From an uncultured Nitrososphaerota archaeon (GTDB lineage: Archaea > Thermoproteota > Nitrososphaeria > Nitrososphaerales > CADDZS01): a stretch of DNA of 64,000 nucleotides. Location of the stretch: positions 256,001 to 320,000 of the forward strand of contig CAWCYI010000006.1 in assembly GCA_963799845.1 (NCBI GenBank). Direction: 5' to 3'. The position numbers and the translations under genes were made by a program. Below, one piece after another: positions 30,444-40,084 of the stretch (within the stretch, counting starts at the first letter, position 1; every line of letters begins with the position of its first letter). The notes under the pieces were generated by a model. It saw only the letters and a list, made by a program, of their open reading frames with translations, was not told the DNA's origin and made no database searches.

Positions 30444-31151
30444 ATGCATCCCCATGCAATCATTCTGGAGGAAGCATCTTTGGAATTGGTCCCGAAGCGA
30501 TTCTGGGGTCATGAGTCCTGCAAGATTGTTGAAGCAAGATTTGGAGTACCTCCTCAATCACAAATTCTGGACGACAACTTCCACCACAAGATAATTGCAA
30601 CTATTCCCAATAGCGAGAAAAGGGGAAGACCCGACATTGTCCACTTTGCCTTACTTGATATCGTAAGCACGCCCGCCTATTGGTTGGACCTGATACGACC
30701 CATAATCCGCACCATAAACGGGGAAATTATAATCGTCAAGAAAGGAGTGCGTCTGCCGAGAACGGAGCTCCGATTCAATGGTCTGATGTCAAAGATCCTC
30801 CGAAACGAAGCCGGGCCAGATGAGCTGAAACTGTTTGAATACAGAGATAGTCAGCCAATGGGCAAACTTCTCGAATCTCTTAATCCATCCAAAGTATTTT
30901 GCCTGAGCGTCGTGGGGATCAAACGAGACTTGCACGAGCTCGTCGCGAATCTGGCCAGAGAGGTGGGCATTAGTTCATATGTTTGGGTAGTGGGGGGTTT
31001 CGCTAGGGGCCACTTCAGCGAGGAGGTCAACAGGCTCGCTGATGACCTGATCTCAATCTCAGGTTATCCGCTTTCGGCGCACGTCGTAACTGCTCGGCTC
31101 TCATATGAAATCGAGACGTCCAAGCAAAAATCGCACGAAGATTCGCCTTGA
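30444..31151 (+). CDS. nep1: 16S rRNA pseudouridine N1-methyltransferase Nep1/Emg1
   Basis: EASLELVP, RGRPDIVHFALL, RLPRxxxRFxGL and VGGFARG. Confidence 0.92.
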   Translation: MHPHAIILEEASLELVPKRFWGHESCKIVEARFGVPPQSQILDDNFHHKIIATIPNSEKRGRPDIVHFALLDIVSTPAYWLDLIRPIIRTINGEIIIVKKGVRLPRTELRFNGLMSKILRNEAGPDELKLFEYRDSQPMGKLLESLNPSKVFCLSVVGIKRDLHELVANLAREVGISSYVWVVGGFARGHFSEEVNRLADDLISISGYPLSAHVVTARLSYEIETSKQKSHEDSP

Positions 31152-31665
31152 ACCTACCCATTTTCTCATTTTCCTTCTCTTCCTTTGCGAGTCTTCCAAA
31201 ACTGTCGTAAAATAATCCAAGAACGTAACCAAATGCAAATGAGACAGGCAGTGCTGCGATCTGGGATATCAACGGAATGTAAGAAGGGTTACACTGATAC
31301 ACGAAAAAAACTGCCGGTCCTGCGAAAATACCTACCAAAAAGACTGGGATTCCAAGGGTCATCGCCTTCTTCTTGGAAGATGAACCAGGCAGTTTAAAGT
31401 AAAGGACTGAAAATAAAGCTCCATAAAACACTCCATAGATGAGGGCCCAAAGACCATAGACCATCGGGAAGTAAAGGACATCAGTGGCAAACTGGTCAGA
31501 CGCGGTTACGTTGGCGGGAGCGTTCAGCTTGATCAACTGCTGCGAGATGTAGCTGATTTGCGACGAGCTGCAGGCTTCCAGAGTACCCAGATGGAGTAGT
31601 CCCACCATAGCTCCATAGATCACGCCTGCGGCCAGACCGGCCTTCAGCCCCTGTGAAATCGGCAC
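31027..31665 (-). CDS. Hypothetical membrane protein (about 4-5 TM); 3' end uncertain
   Basis: Hydrophobic helices; last ~40 codons overlap nep1 antisense. Confidence 0.7.
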   Translation of the reverse strand: MPISQGLKAGLAAGVIYGAMVGLLHLGTLEACSSSQISYISQQLIKLNAPANVTASDQFATDVLYFPMVYGLWALIYGVFYGALFSVLYFKLPGSSSKKKAMTLGIPVFLVGIFAGPAVFFVYQCNPSYIPLISQIAALPVSFAFGYVLGLFYDSFGRLAKEEKENEKMGRFKANLRAIFAWTSRFHMRAEQLRRAPKADNLRLRSGHQRAC

Positions 31666-31806
31666 TTTTTCGACACCTGAAATGGATTCTGATTTCCAAT
31701 TGACTTCATTAATCCGAAGAAATTATGCCTTCTGGGTGGCAGTGGTTGACTCCGGACAGTCTTTCACTGGCACGCATGGTCTAAAAAGTAGATTGGCAGA
31801 TGGAGG

Positions 31807-32490
31807 GTGTCGAAATCAACCATGACCCTGATCGGAATAATTGGAGGTACCGGAGATCTGGGAACAGCTCTAGCAATACATCTGGCTAAAAATAATGACG
31901 TATTGCTGGGATCAAGAAATCTGGAAAAGGCGCAATCTACCGTAGAAACAATCCGAAGGGAAAAAAATCACCCTTACTTGTGGCAAAGCCTCAAACCTAC
32001 TGAGAATCTTGAAGTTGTCAGGAGCTGCGATGTTTTGCTCCTGACCGTTCCGCACGAAAATGCGTTTGCGACGGTGAACGGACTTTCAAGTGACTTTCGG
32101 GGAAACCAAGTACTAATTTCGGCGGTCGCAGCCGTTGCGAAAAAAGGGGAGGAGTTCGTCGTCGATGAGGATCCTTCGGGCGAATCGTTCGCACAAAAAA
32201 TCAGTGCAATCGTCCCCCCAAATGTTAAGGTTGCAGCAGCCTTTCAAACTGTACCAGCTAGCATTCTTTACAAAGAAAGAGAAATCTCGGCGGACGTTCT
32301 TGTCTCCACCGACGACTTGGGAACGTACGAGTCTGTGTCAGCTATAGTTAGAGACATTGAGGGATTGAGGCCCCTTTACCTTGGTAGTCTGCGCCTGGCG
32401 GGAGAAATAGAGCGACTAACTGCTCTCCTCCTCAACATTGGCAAGAGAAACAGAATGAAGAGTCCGACTCTAAAGTTCGTGTCCTTTTAG
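31807..32490 (+). CDS. npdG: F420H2:NADP+ oxidoreductase (Fno/NpdG)
   Basis: IIGGTGxLG, GSRxxEKA, AAFQTVPA and IERLTALL. Confidence 0.88.
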   Translation: MSKSTMTLIGIIGGTGDLGTALAIHLAKNNDVLLGSRNLEKAQSTVETIRREKNHPYLWQSLKPTENLEVVRSCDVLLLTVPHENAFATVNGLSSDFRGNQVLISAVAAVAKKGEEFVVDEDPSGESFAQKISAIVPPNVKVAAAFQTVPASILYKEREISADVLVSTDDLGTYESVSAIVRDIEGLRPLYLGSLRLAGEIERLTALLLNIGKRNRMKSPTLKFVSF

Positions 32491-32511
32491 AGGCCAAGAT
32501 TTGCTTGAAGG

Positions 32512-33000
32512 CTATTTCTTGATAAGACGCTTTTCTAATTTCGTCCCGCACACAAGGCAATCGGGTCTTTGCTTGCTGTATTTCTTACCGCAGGCAGGAC
32601 AGAAAAAGACCCATTCAGACGCTGTAGCAATGCCTCCGGTCATAAGTGGCCGTGCCTTTACTCCTAATTTTGATGCGACGTTCTCGACTGCAAAATCATC
32701 GGAAAGAAGAATCGCATCATTACCATCGGCTGCGATAGAAAGACAGAGAGCTAGAACGCTCAAATCTGCTTTTGATAGATTGTTATCGCCGGTATCTCTG
32801 GCAGCTTCCTTTACCTTCTTCAAAGCGTCGGGAGTGGCCTGCCAGACATTAACCTTCGATAAGGCTATCAAAGTTCTGGTCCTTTCGTTGGAAACCTCGC
32901 TGATAACGTCTGGCGTCGTTACAAGATTTTCCGTCGTATTCGTATACGGCACTCCTGCGTAAAAAGCAGTAGTGTCCAAGACGAGGTACTGTTGAGACAT
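32512..33000 (-). CDS. nob1: Nob1 PIN-domain endonuclease with zinc ribbon
   Basis: VLDTTAF, TGDxxxLSxAD, SDDFAVENVA and CPAC...CLVCG. Confidence 0.92.
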   Translation of the reverse strand: MSQQYLVLDTTAFYAGVPYTNTTENLVTTPDVISEVSNERTRTLIALSKVNVWQATPDALKKVKEAARDTGDNNLSKADLSVLALCLSIAADGNDAILLSDDFAVENVASKLGVKARPLMTGGIATASEWVFFCPACGKKYSKQRPDCLVCGTKLEKRLIKK

Positions 33001-33191
33001 TTCGGAGAATTCAAAACCCTAGTGATTCTGATAACTCACACTAACATACAGAAGAACGCTCAAGACATAAAGGTCTCAGAAAAAGTGCTAAACTCGGTGC
33101 CAGAGATGACTAATTTCGTGCGCACATTATAATTAGAGTTTCGACAGCTTATCAAACTTTTCGCTGATAACAGAGTTCATCGCGACTTCTT

Positions 33192-34037
33192 TCATCGAAA
33201 ACCGAGGTTTTTTAATTGCCTGAAAGGACCGGCGCGATCAAATCTTACAAACACAGCTTCCTTGTCATGTTTTTTGAATGTAACATAAGTGTCAGCCTCT
33301 ATCCCAAATGAATCCTGCCCGTCGATCACAATGTTCAGAGAATAATTTCCAAGAACTCTGATTCTGGATATTGAAGTAATTATTACCGGTAGCCTGTTAA
33401 TCGATGCGATCGGAGTAATCGCGAAAAGCTGCAGAGAGCCCTCCAGAAATGGGGAACCGTAGGAATAAGCATGTCCGGTAGAACCGGTAGGAGTGCTGAC
33501 CAGCAGCCCGTCCATTCTCTGCGAAAAAACAGATCCATGGTCTAGGTCGATTGTGAAAAGCGGGGTCTTTGACAGTGATCGCCTAATCACGAGAACCTCA
33601 TTCAATGCGGGAGGCAAAAGTTTGTGCTCCAAAGAAGGAGATATTCGGAGTCTTTTTTCTATGTGGTAGTCTCCTTCCTCAATCTTTCTCAGGGCAAATT
33701 TGATTTGATCTGGCTTGATTTCCGCAAGGATTCCCCTGCCCCCCACGTTAACGCAAAGACATGGAATTGTGCTGTCAAGTAGTCGGAGCAACCTTAGAAT
33801 CGTACCATCGCCTGATACGGTGATGACGAGATCGGTCTTGGATTGTCCGATCTCTTCCACGGCTCTGACGTGATCCACTCCCTTAATGTGTAAGTTTGGA
33901 AAACACGTGACGCTCATTCCGCTCGCGAGTAGAAGTTCGGCAATGTCCCTCGCTATTTCTTTGGCTTCGCCGTGACCTTCTTTTGAAATAATTGCAATCT
34001 TGGAGACTTTCAGAAAAACAACCTCAATTTTTTTCAA
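33192..34037 (-). CDS. nadK: NAD kinase
   Basis: SGDGTIL, ALNE, DGLLVSTPTGSTGHAYS and IDGQ. Confidence 0.93.
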   Translation of the reverse strand: MKKIEVVFLKVSKIAIISKEGHGEAKEIARDIAELLLASGMSVTCFPNLHIKGVDHVRAVEEIGQSKTDLVITVSGDGTILRLLRLLDSTIPCLCVNVGGRGILAEIKPDQIKFALRKIEEGDYHIEKRLRISPSLEHKLLPPALNEVLVIRRSLSKTPLFTIDLDHGSVFSQRMDGLLVSTPTGSTGHAYSYGSPFLEGSLQLFAITPIASINRLPVIITSISRIRVLGNYSLNIVIDGQDSFGIEADTYVTFKKHDKEAVFVRFDRAGPFRQLKNLGFR

Positions 34038-34171
34038 CTTATTCCGATCGATCTAAATTCAGAAAAAAAAGTACCCACCGATTTATCATTAATCCCAAAA
34101 GTTTCGAAAGGTTAGATATAATTAACGTTAAATAGAGAACTACCGAGTCTCGTGCTTCATCGGTTGCGTAA

Positions 34172-34570
34172 ATGAGCAAGCCTGTAGATCTTGGCAGTCT
34201 GAAGGATGGCTCTTACATTATCATTGATGGTGAGGCATGCAGGATTGTTGAATATGATAAGAGCAAGCCAGGTAAACACGGTGCGGCAAAGGCACGTGTC
34301 GTCGGAATTGGAGTTTTTGACAACGTCAAGAGAAGTTTGGTTCTCCCTGTTTCCACAAATGTTGAAGTGCCTCTGATTGAGAAAAAGTCAGGCCAGGTTG
34401 TCTCTGCGGATCCGAATAATGTTCAGATAATGGATCTCGAGACCTTTGAGACGATCGATGTGCCCGTCCCGACTGATCCGGAAATTAAGAGCAAGATCGC
34501 ATCAGGTGCGGAAGTCGAGTATTGGCAAGTTTTGGGACGAAGGAAAATTATGAGAGTGAAGAATGCCTAG
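34172..34570 (+). CDS. eif5a: Translation factor aIF-5A
   Basis: SKPGKHGAAK hypusine motif. Confidence 0.97.
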   Translation: MSKPVDLGSLKDGSYIIIDGEACRIVEYDKSKPGKHGAAKARVVGIGVFDNVKRSLVLPVSTNVEVPLIEKKSGQVVSADPNNVQIMDLETFETIDVPVPTDPEIKSKIASGAEVEYWQVLGRRKIMRVKNA

Positions 34571-34573
34571 ACT

Positions 34574-35706
34574 CTAGAACTTGAAAAATCCTTTCTTCTT
34601 CTCGTCTTCTACCTGTTTGAATTGCTTAAGAAGTCTCTCTTTGCTTTTCCGTGAGTTTCATCGGAACTATAACGTTAACAGTTACTAGTTCGTTTCCCCT
34701 GTTGGAACTGCCCATAATGGGAACTCCCTTCCCTTTCAGTTTCAGGGTCGTTCCGTTCTGAGTTCCGGCTGGAATTGAAATCTCCGCGCCGGAACCATCT
34801 ATCGTCGGAACCTGTATAGTAGACCCGAGAGCCGCGCTCGCCATGTCAAGCGAAACGGAACAGTGAAGATCTCCTTCCTCGCGAGTGAAGACCTTGTGCG
34901 GCAAGACGTGGCAGACCACGTAGAGGTCTCCGGCGGACGTCCCACTTTCGCCTGCATCACCCTCGCCCCTCAACCGAAGCGATGATTCGTTTTCGATCCC
35001 CTGAGGGATTTTCACGGTTATTTTCCGTGTCTTTTGAACAGTCCCGTTTCCCTTGCAATCTCTGCATGGGTTATCGAGGACTTCGCCCTTTCCTCTGCAG
35101 ACTCTACAGGTCTCGATCCGAACAAATTGTGCAAATCCAGACGAGCTGAATTCTCTGGACCTGGCCTCTGCCACCACACTCGGTGCAGACTCGAGGCGTG
35201 CTACCGGGCCTCGCGCCGCTCCCTTTGCAAACTGAACATCTTTCCGTACGGGGAATTTCAATTTCTGTGTTGAGACCGGTTGCTACCTGTTCCAACGTAA
35301 AATCCAGCTCATATCTGAGATCCGCCCCACGTCGGGCCCCGCGGCCCGACCCCGTCATGTTCCCGAAGAACATGTCAAAAATACTTCCACCAAATCCGCC
35401 GAATCCTCCGAATCCGAGATCTCGTAGTATCTCATCAAAGTTGGCTGTACGGAAAATGTCCTCGGTGGAATATTTACCCTGAATTCCTTCATGACCGAAC
35501 CGATCGTACTGCGCCCTCTTCGCGTCATCCGATAGTACTGCGTATGCTTCTGAAATTTCCTTGAACCGATCTTCCGCACCAGCGGCCTTGTTACGATCGG
35601 GATGGTACTGCATTGCGAGTTTGCGGTACGAGCTCTTGAGCTGATCTTTACTCGCGTCTTTTGGGACGCCAAGTACCTCGTAATAGTCTCTTTTTTCCGA
35701 CGACAA
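34574..35706 (-). CDS. dnaJ: Chaperone DnaJ (apparent frameshifts at 35148 and 34634)
   Basis: HPD J-domain, G/F region, four CxxCxGxG repeats; corrected end RELLKQFKQVEDEKKKGFFKF*. Confidence 0.95.
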
Positions 35707-35722
35707 TTCTTACCTCTCTCTT

Positions 35723-37600
35723 TCAGTCCTTCTTCTGTGAAGAATCTTGGTCCACTTTGTATTCGGCATCTACGACTTTCTGTTCGCTTGCATCAGCTGA
35801 TTGGGACGAGGTCCCTGTGCCAGAAGAGGTGGAAGACGCCGCGGATGCAGCGGCAGCCTGTTGGTAGGCTACCGTTCCAATCTCCTTCAGCACGTTGCTC
35901 AAGGCCTCGCTCTTTTGCTTGATAACCTCAGTGTCAGTCCCTGCAATAGCATCTTTCAGCTCCTTCGAGGCGTTGTCCAGCTTTGCGAGCAGGTCGGCAG
36001 GGATCTTGTCCTTCAGATCTGACTTTGTTTTCTCGGTCGTGTATACAAGACTGTCGGCCTGGTTTCTAATTTCAGCCTCCTCGCGTTTCTTCTTGTCGGA
36101 TTCGGCGAACTCCTCTGCTTCTTTGACCATCCGCTCCTTTTCCTTGTCGGATAGCTTTGTCGAAGCGGTTATGGCGATTCCAGCTTGTTTACCCGTTGCC
36201 ATGTCTTTCGCGGAGACGTTCAGGATCCCGTTTGCATCTATGTCGAAAGCAACCTCAACCTGTGGAACACCCCTCGGAGCTGGTGGAATCCCTGTTAGAT
36301 TGAAATTACCTAGAGAAACGTTGTCCGTAGCCATAGCCCTCTCGCCTTGTAGGACGTGGATGGTCACGGTTGTCTGAAAATCTGCTGCTGTTGTGAAAAT
36401 CTGGCTTTTCTTCGTCGGGATCGTAGTATTCCTGTCGATAATCTTAGTCAGGATCCCTCCCATGGTTTCGACTCCCAGTGAGAGCGGAGTAACGTCAAGT
36501 AGCAGGATATCGGTAACTTCTCCCGAGAGAACCGCAGCCTGAATCGACGCTCCCATGGCAACACACTCCATCGGATCGACTCCGCGTTCAGCAGGTTTGC
36601 CCATGATTTTCTCGACGAAATTCCTGACAATCGGCATTCTAGTTGGTCCACCCACGAGAATTATCCGGTCGACCTGAGTCGGCTCGAGCTTTGCATCCTG
36701 CAACGCCTGCATTGTCGGATGCCTGCACCTTTCAATTATCGGGTTGATCAATTCTTCCAGTTTAGATCTAGTCAGAGTTAGGGCAAGATTCTTCGGCCCC
36801 GAGGCATCCGCGGCGATGAATGGGAGATTGATCTCCGTTGTGGGAGTTGTCGAAAGTTCGATCTTCGCCTTTTCTCCAGCTTCTCTAACCCTTTGCAGAG
36901 CAACGGGGTCATTCCTCAAATCGAGTCCACTTTGCGCCCGGAAGTGCGAAACGATATAATCGACCAACACGTTATCCATATCGGTACCGCCGAGTTGAGT
37001 GTCTCCGCTGGTCGATTTGACCTCGAACAAACCCCCGCCGAACTCCATTATCGTCACATCAAGAGTGCCTCCGCCGAGGTCGAAAACCATGATTTTCTGC
37101 TCTTTTCCTGCTTTATCCAATCCGTAAGCCAGCGAGGCTGCCGTCGGCTCGTTGATTATTCTCACAACTTCGAGGCCGGCTATCGATCCCGCATCCTTAG
37201 TCGCCTGCCTTTGATTGTCGTTGAAATAGGCAGGAACGGTGATGACCGCCTGCGAGATCTTCTCACCTAGGAATGCTTCTGCGTCTGCCCTAATTTTTTG
37301 CAGTATGAAAGCAGAAATTTGTTGCGGCGTGTACTCTTTCCCATAGATTCTGACCTTATAGTCGGTCCCCATCTTCCTCTTGATCGCCATAACGGTCCCT
37401 TCCGGGTTCGACACGGCCTGTCTCCTCGCGGGCTCGCCAACAAGTAACTGCCCCTCCTTTGTGAAGGCCACGTACGACGGGAATGCTTTTCCGCCGACTG
37501 AAGTCCCTTCTGCGCTTGGGATTATCGTAGGCCTGCCACCCATCATCACTGCCGCGGCAGAGTTGCTCGTCCCCAAATCTATTCCGATTATTTTTGCCAT
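35723..37600 (-). CDS. dnaK: Chaperone DnaK (Hsp70)
   Basis: [24 protein letters not shown] and PPAPRGVPQ. Confidence 0.98.
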   Translation of the reverse strand: MAKIIGIDLGTSNSAAAVMMGGRPTIIPSAEGTSVGGKAFPSYVAFTKEGQLLVGEPARRQAVSNPEGTVMAIKRKMGTDYKVRIYGKEYTPQQISAFILQKIRADAEAFLGEKISQAVITVPAYFNDNQRQATKDAGSIAGLEVVRIINEPTAASLAYGLDKAGKEQKIMVFDLGGGTLDVTIMEFGGGLFEVKSTSGDTQLGGTDMDNVLVDYIVSHFRAQSGLDLRNDPVALQRVREAGEKAKIELSTTPTTEINLPFIAADASGPKNLALTLTRSKLEELINPIIERCRHPTMQALQDAKLEPTQVDRIILVGGPTRMPIVRNFVEKIMGKPAERGVDPMECVAMGASIQAAVLSGEVTDILLLDVTPLSLGVETMGGILTKIIDRNTTIPTKKSQIFTTAADFQTTVTIHVLQGERAMATDNVSLGNFNLTGIPPAPRGVPQVEVAFDIDANGILNVSAKDMATGKQAGIAITASTKLSDKEKERMVKEAEEFAESDKKKREEAEIRNQADSLVYTTEKTKSDLKDKIPADLLAKLDNASKELKDAIAGTDTEVIKQKSEALSNVLKEIGTVAYQQAAAASAASSTSSGTGTSSQSADASEQKVVDAEYKVDQDSSQKKD

Positions 37601-37660
37601 TTCTTCTTGTTCACCTAATTTGTTTCTTAATTACACCAGATACATACAGTACTCGCAATG

Positions 37661-38336
37661 CTAGCGATTCTCTTTCGACGCGGCTTCCTCAATTTCTACT
37701 TCTTTTGAGCGGGAATCGACGATTTTGGAATTCTCTCCAGCCTTCTTTTCCTTTTGTTTCGCGACCTCGACCATTGCCGGCTTTATCACTTTTCCCTCAA
37801 CTGAATATCCAGGACTGATCACTGCAAGGATTGTACCATGTTCGTTGGTTTCCGACTCTTGATACGACAACGCCTCGTGGTGATTAGGATCGAATCTGCC
37901 GCCTAACTTTGCGGGAATGACCTTAACATCTTCCAACTTCAAAATATTCTCAATTCGAGAAGATACCAGAATCAACCCGTCCAGCAGGCCGGACTTTTTG
38001 TCGGATTCGCGAGCAACTCCAACCGCTCGATCCAGAGTCTTCCTTAATCGTAATAATCTCTAGTAGCCAGGTCAACTTTACTTGGTTTCTAACTTCGGAA
38101 ACTCTTCTGTCTGCCTGCCTCTGAAGATTCACGATGTCTGCCTGAAGATAACGCATTCTATTTGCAAGATCTGAAGATCTCTGACGTTCCTGCTCAAGCT
38201 CTTCTCTCAGACTTTGGATTTCTCGAGCGAAAGATTCTAGCTCCGATTCTCGCTTTGATTCCGAGAGTATAGTCTCAGTTTCCGCGGCCTCTTCCTCAGC
38301 CGTGTTGCTGTTCTTCTCGGGAGCACTAACGGACAA
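37661..38336 (-). CDS. grpE: Nucleotide exchange factor GrpE (apparent frameshift at 38037)
   Basis: YLQADxxNL, corrected KEDLDRA, FDPNHHEA and GY...IKPAMV. Confidence 0.93.
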
Positions 38337-38384
38337 CGTCTAGTCACCAACTCTAGCTAAAGATACGATTGATCAACTTGCATG

Positions 38385-38427
38385 CATATAAACGCAAAGG
38401 TTCGAATTTCGATTCGACTCGAAATTC
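38385..38427 (-). promoter_or_regulatory. grpE-dnaK-dnaJ promoter: TATA box plus upstream 9-bp perfect inverted repeat
   Basis: Minus-strand TTTATATG at ~38385-38392; GAATTTCGA-N6-TCGAAATTC at 38404-38427. Confidence 0.55.
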
Positions 38428-38520
38428 CCGGAATCTCTTGAAATCGGAATCAAATTTCGCGTCAAAGGGAGCTTAGGATATTCCAAACAATTTAAGATTA
38501 CCTTGTCGGCTATGTTACTC

Positions 38521-38656
38521 TCCCGATGATGCGCGCAAGGAATTGCTCTTTTTTCTTGCGTATGGAAGAGCCGTCTGAGTTGTGCATCCAGACCTCAGGG
38601 CCAGCTGCATACTTCGATGATGAGGCTCTACAAAAGGCGGCAGAGGGAACTGAAAT
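38521..38656 (+). ncRNA. Box C/D 2'-O-methylation guide sRNA (unusually long)
   Basis: C ATGATGC 38526, D' CTGA 38575, C' ATGATGA 38617, D CTGA 38650; TATA-like TTTAAGAT 38491; D' guide GGAAGAGCCG complementary to conserved LSU rRNA CGGCUCUUCC. Confidence 0.75.
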
Positions 38657-38729
38657 CTTAACGAATAACGACCAAAGAGTTTCCATAATTTCAAGCCAAG
38701 GGACAGGAAATTATTTTGGCTAATTTTGC

Positions 38730-39963
38730 CTAATCGTACTGGCTTCTAGCATCAGACTTTGACAAATCCTTCTCAATATCCGCATCATTTTCGTGGGATG
38801 AGCCAATGCTCTCCCTTCTAATCGGCTTTATTTTCACTTCGAGAATATCAAAGGGCTTGTCCCGCTCGATGTCGTAAGAGCCGAATAACTGGGAAAGGTT
38901 CGGTTCAACCGTGCCGTCCTGACCCAGTACGAGTTTCTTTAGGGGTATCCCGCCGTCACAATGAACCTCCAGTTCGATTGTTTCCCCTTCATCCAGAACT
39001 CTACCACGGATTTTTTGAATTTCTCTTTGTACAGTTCTGAACTTTCTGGATAGCCTGACGCTGACATGCACATTTGAGAATCTTTCCCTTACATCTTCCA
39101 GCTCTGAATTTCCAATTCTCAATCCTTCTGGTTTTCTTCTCAGGTATACCCTGGCACTTATCTCGAATTGAGGAACATAAGTAACCCTGCGGTCTAGGAT
39201 CTCTAGGTTCTTGATTTGAATTTCTTTTGACCTGAACGCAGTGGCCCTGGGCCTTCGGCCGGCACGTGCCATCAGCTGCCAATCCAGATCTCCTCTTCGG
39301 CCTCGTCACCTCGACGTAAAATGGTCTCCCGGATCCGACCACAAGGCTGTTTTCGTCTTCACTGCCCAGCCAGACAAAATTGCAGCTTTCGGCGTCAAAT
39401 TTCTTGACAAGAAAATCGGTAATTTTCGCTTGAATACTGAAGACGGATTTGCCTCTGTAATTGCACTGCGCGCAACCTAGTCCACTGCATACATTGCACA
39501 CCGAGCTCCTCTGCTGCAAACCGCGAACAAGCTTTGTGTAATTTCCACTGAGCCATATCGATCTTGGATTGACAGTAATCTGCCTATCAACCATTGAAGC
39601 CAAAATAGTTACGTCCGGTCGCGAATAGTTGACGCTCTTTCCCGTGTGCTGCTTGACACGCTTGCTCAGTACCTTGGTGATCTGGGATTTGATACCATCT
39701 CGACCCTTGATCTTGAGCCGCGATCTCAACTCGTCTTCTCTATCCAAAATCGACTGCGGAACTGATGCACCCACCAAGAATGATTCGAATTCGAACTCTT
39801 TCAGTTTGATGAGGATTTCGTCGGCAAGAGACTTCAGACCTGTCATCATCCCTTCGCAAACATAACAGGAACCCGGATCTACCGCTGCCTCGTATCTCAG
39901 TCCGTCCCTCTGCTGACAGAATTTACAAAGAACAATTCCTTGTTGGAGGACTGCGGATTTCAT
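38730..39963 (-). CDS. pus10: tRNA pseudouridine synthase Pus10, divergent (frameshift at 39273)
   Basis: CxxC/CxxC, THUMP-like region, YxKxxRGxxQ, GSEDxxSLVxGSGRPFxVE, DGG..KKL and FDILEV. Confidence 0.85.
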
Positions 39964-40084
39964 TTTCTATCGATTCCTTGGTTACGACTTACTCTTCGAT
40001 TGGGAGCTAGATTGCAATTCACTTTTAACAGAAAAATTAGTCGGAATTATTCTCTGAAACAAATACTTGGATATTCAGATGGAA

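Noticed and set aside
31027-31151. 125-bp convergent overlap between nep1 and the membrane-protein gene
   Set aside because: The tail is low-information and an out-of-frame TAG lies at ~31154, so a missing A in a homopolymer could explain it; cannot be resolved without reads
33000-33192. 190-bp gap between nob1 and nadK as an sRNA or small ORF
   Set aside because: Only a short TTATCA/TGATAA hairpin; no convincing box set, ORF or tRNA-like fold
35895-37664. Long antisense ORFs within dnaK (and other shadow ORFs across the window)
   Set aside because: Well-known codon-pattern shadows of conserved genes with no independent motifs
38526-38723. 65-aa ORF between grpE and pus10
   Set aside because: No recognisable motifs; the region is better explained by a box C/D sRNA
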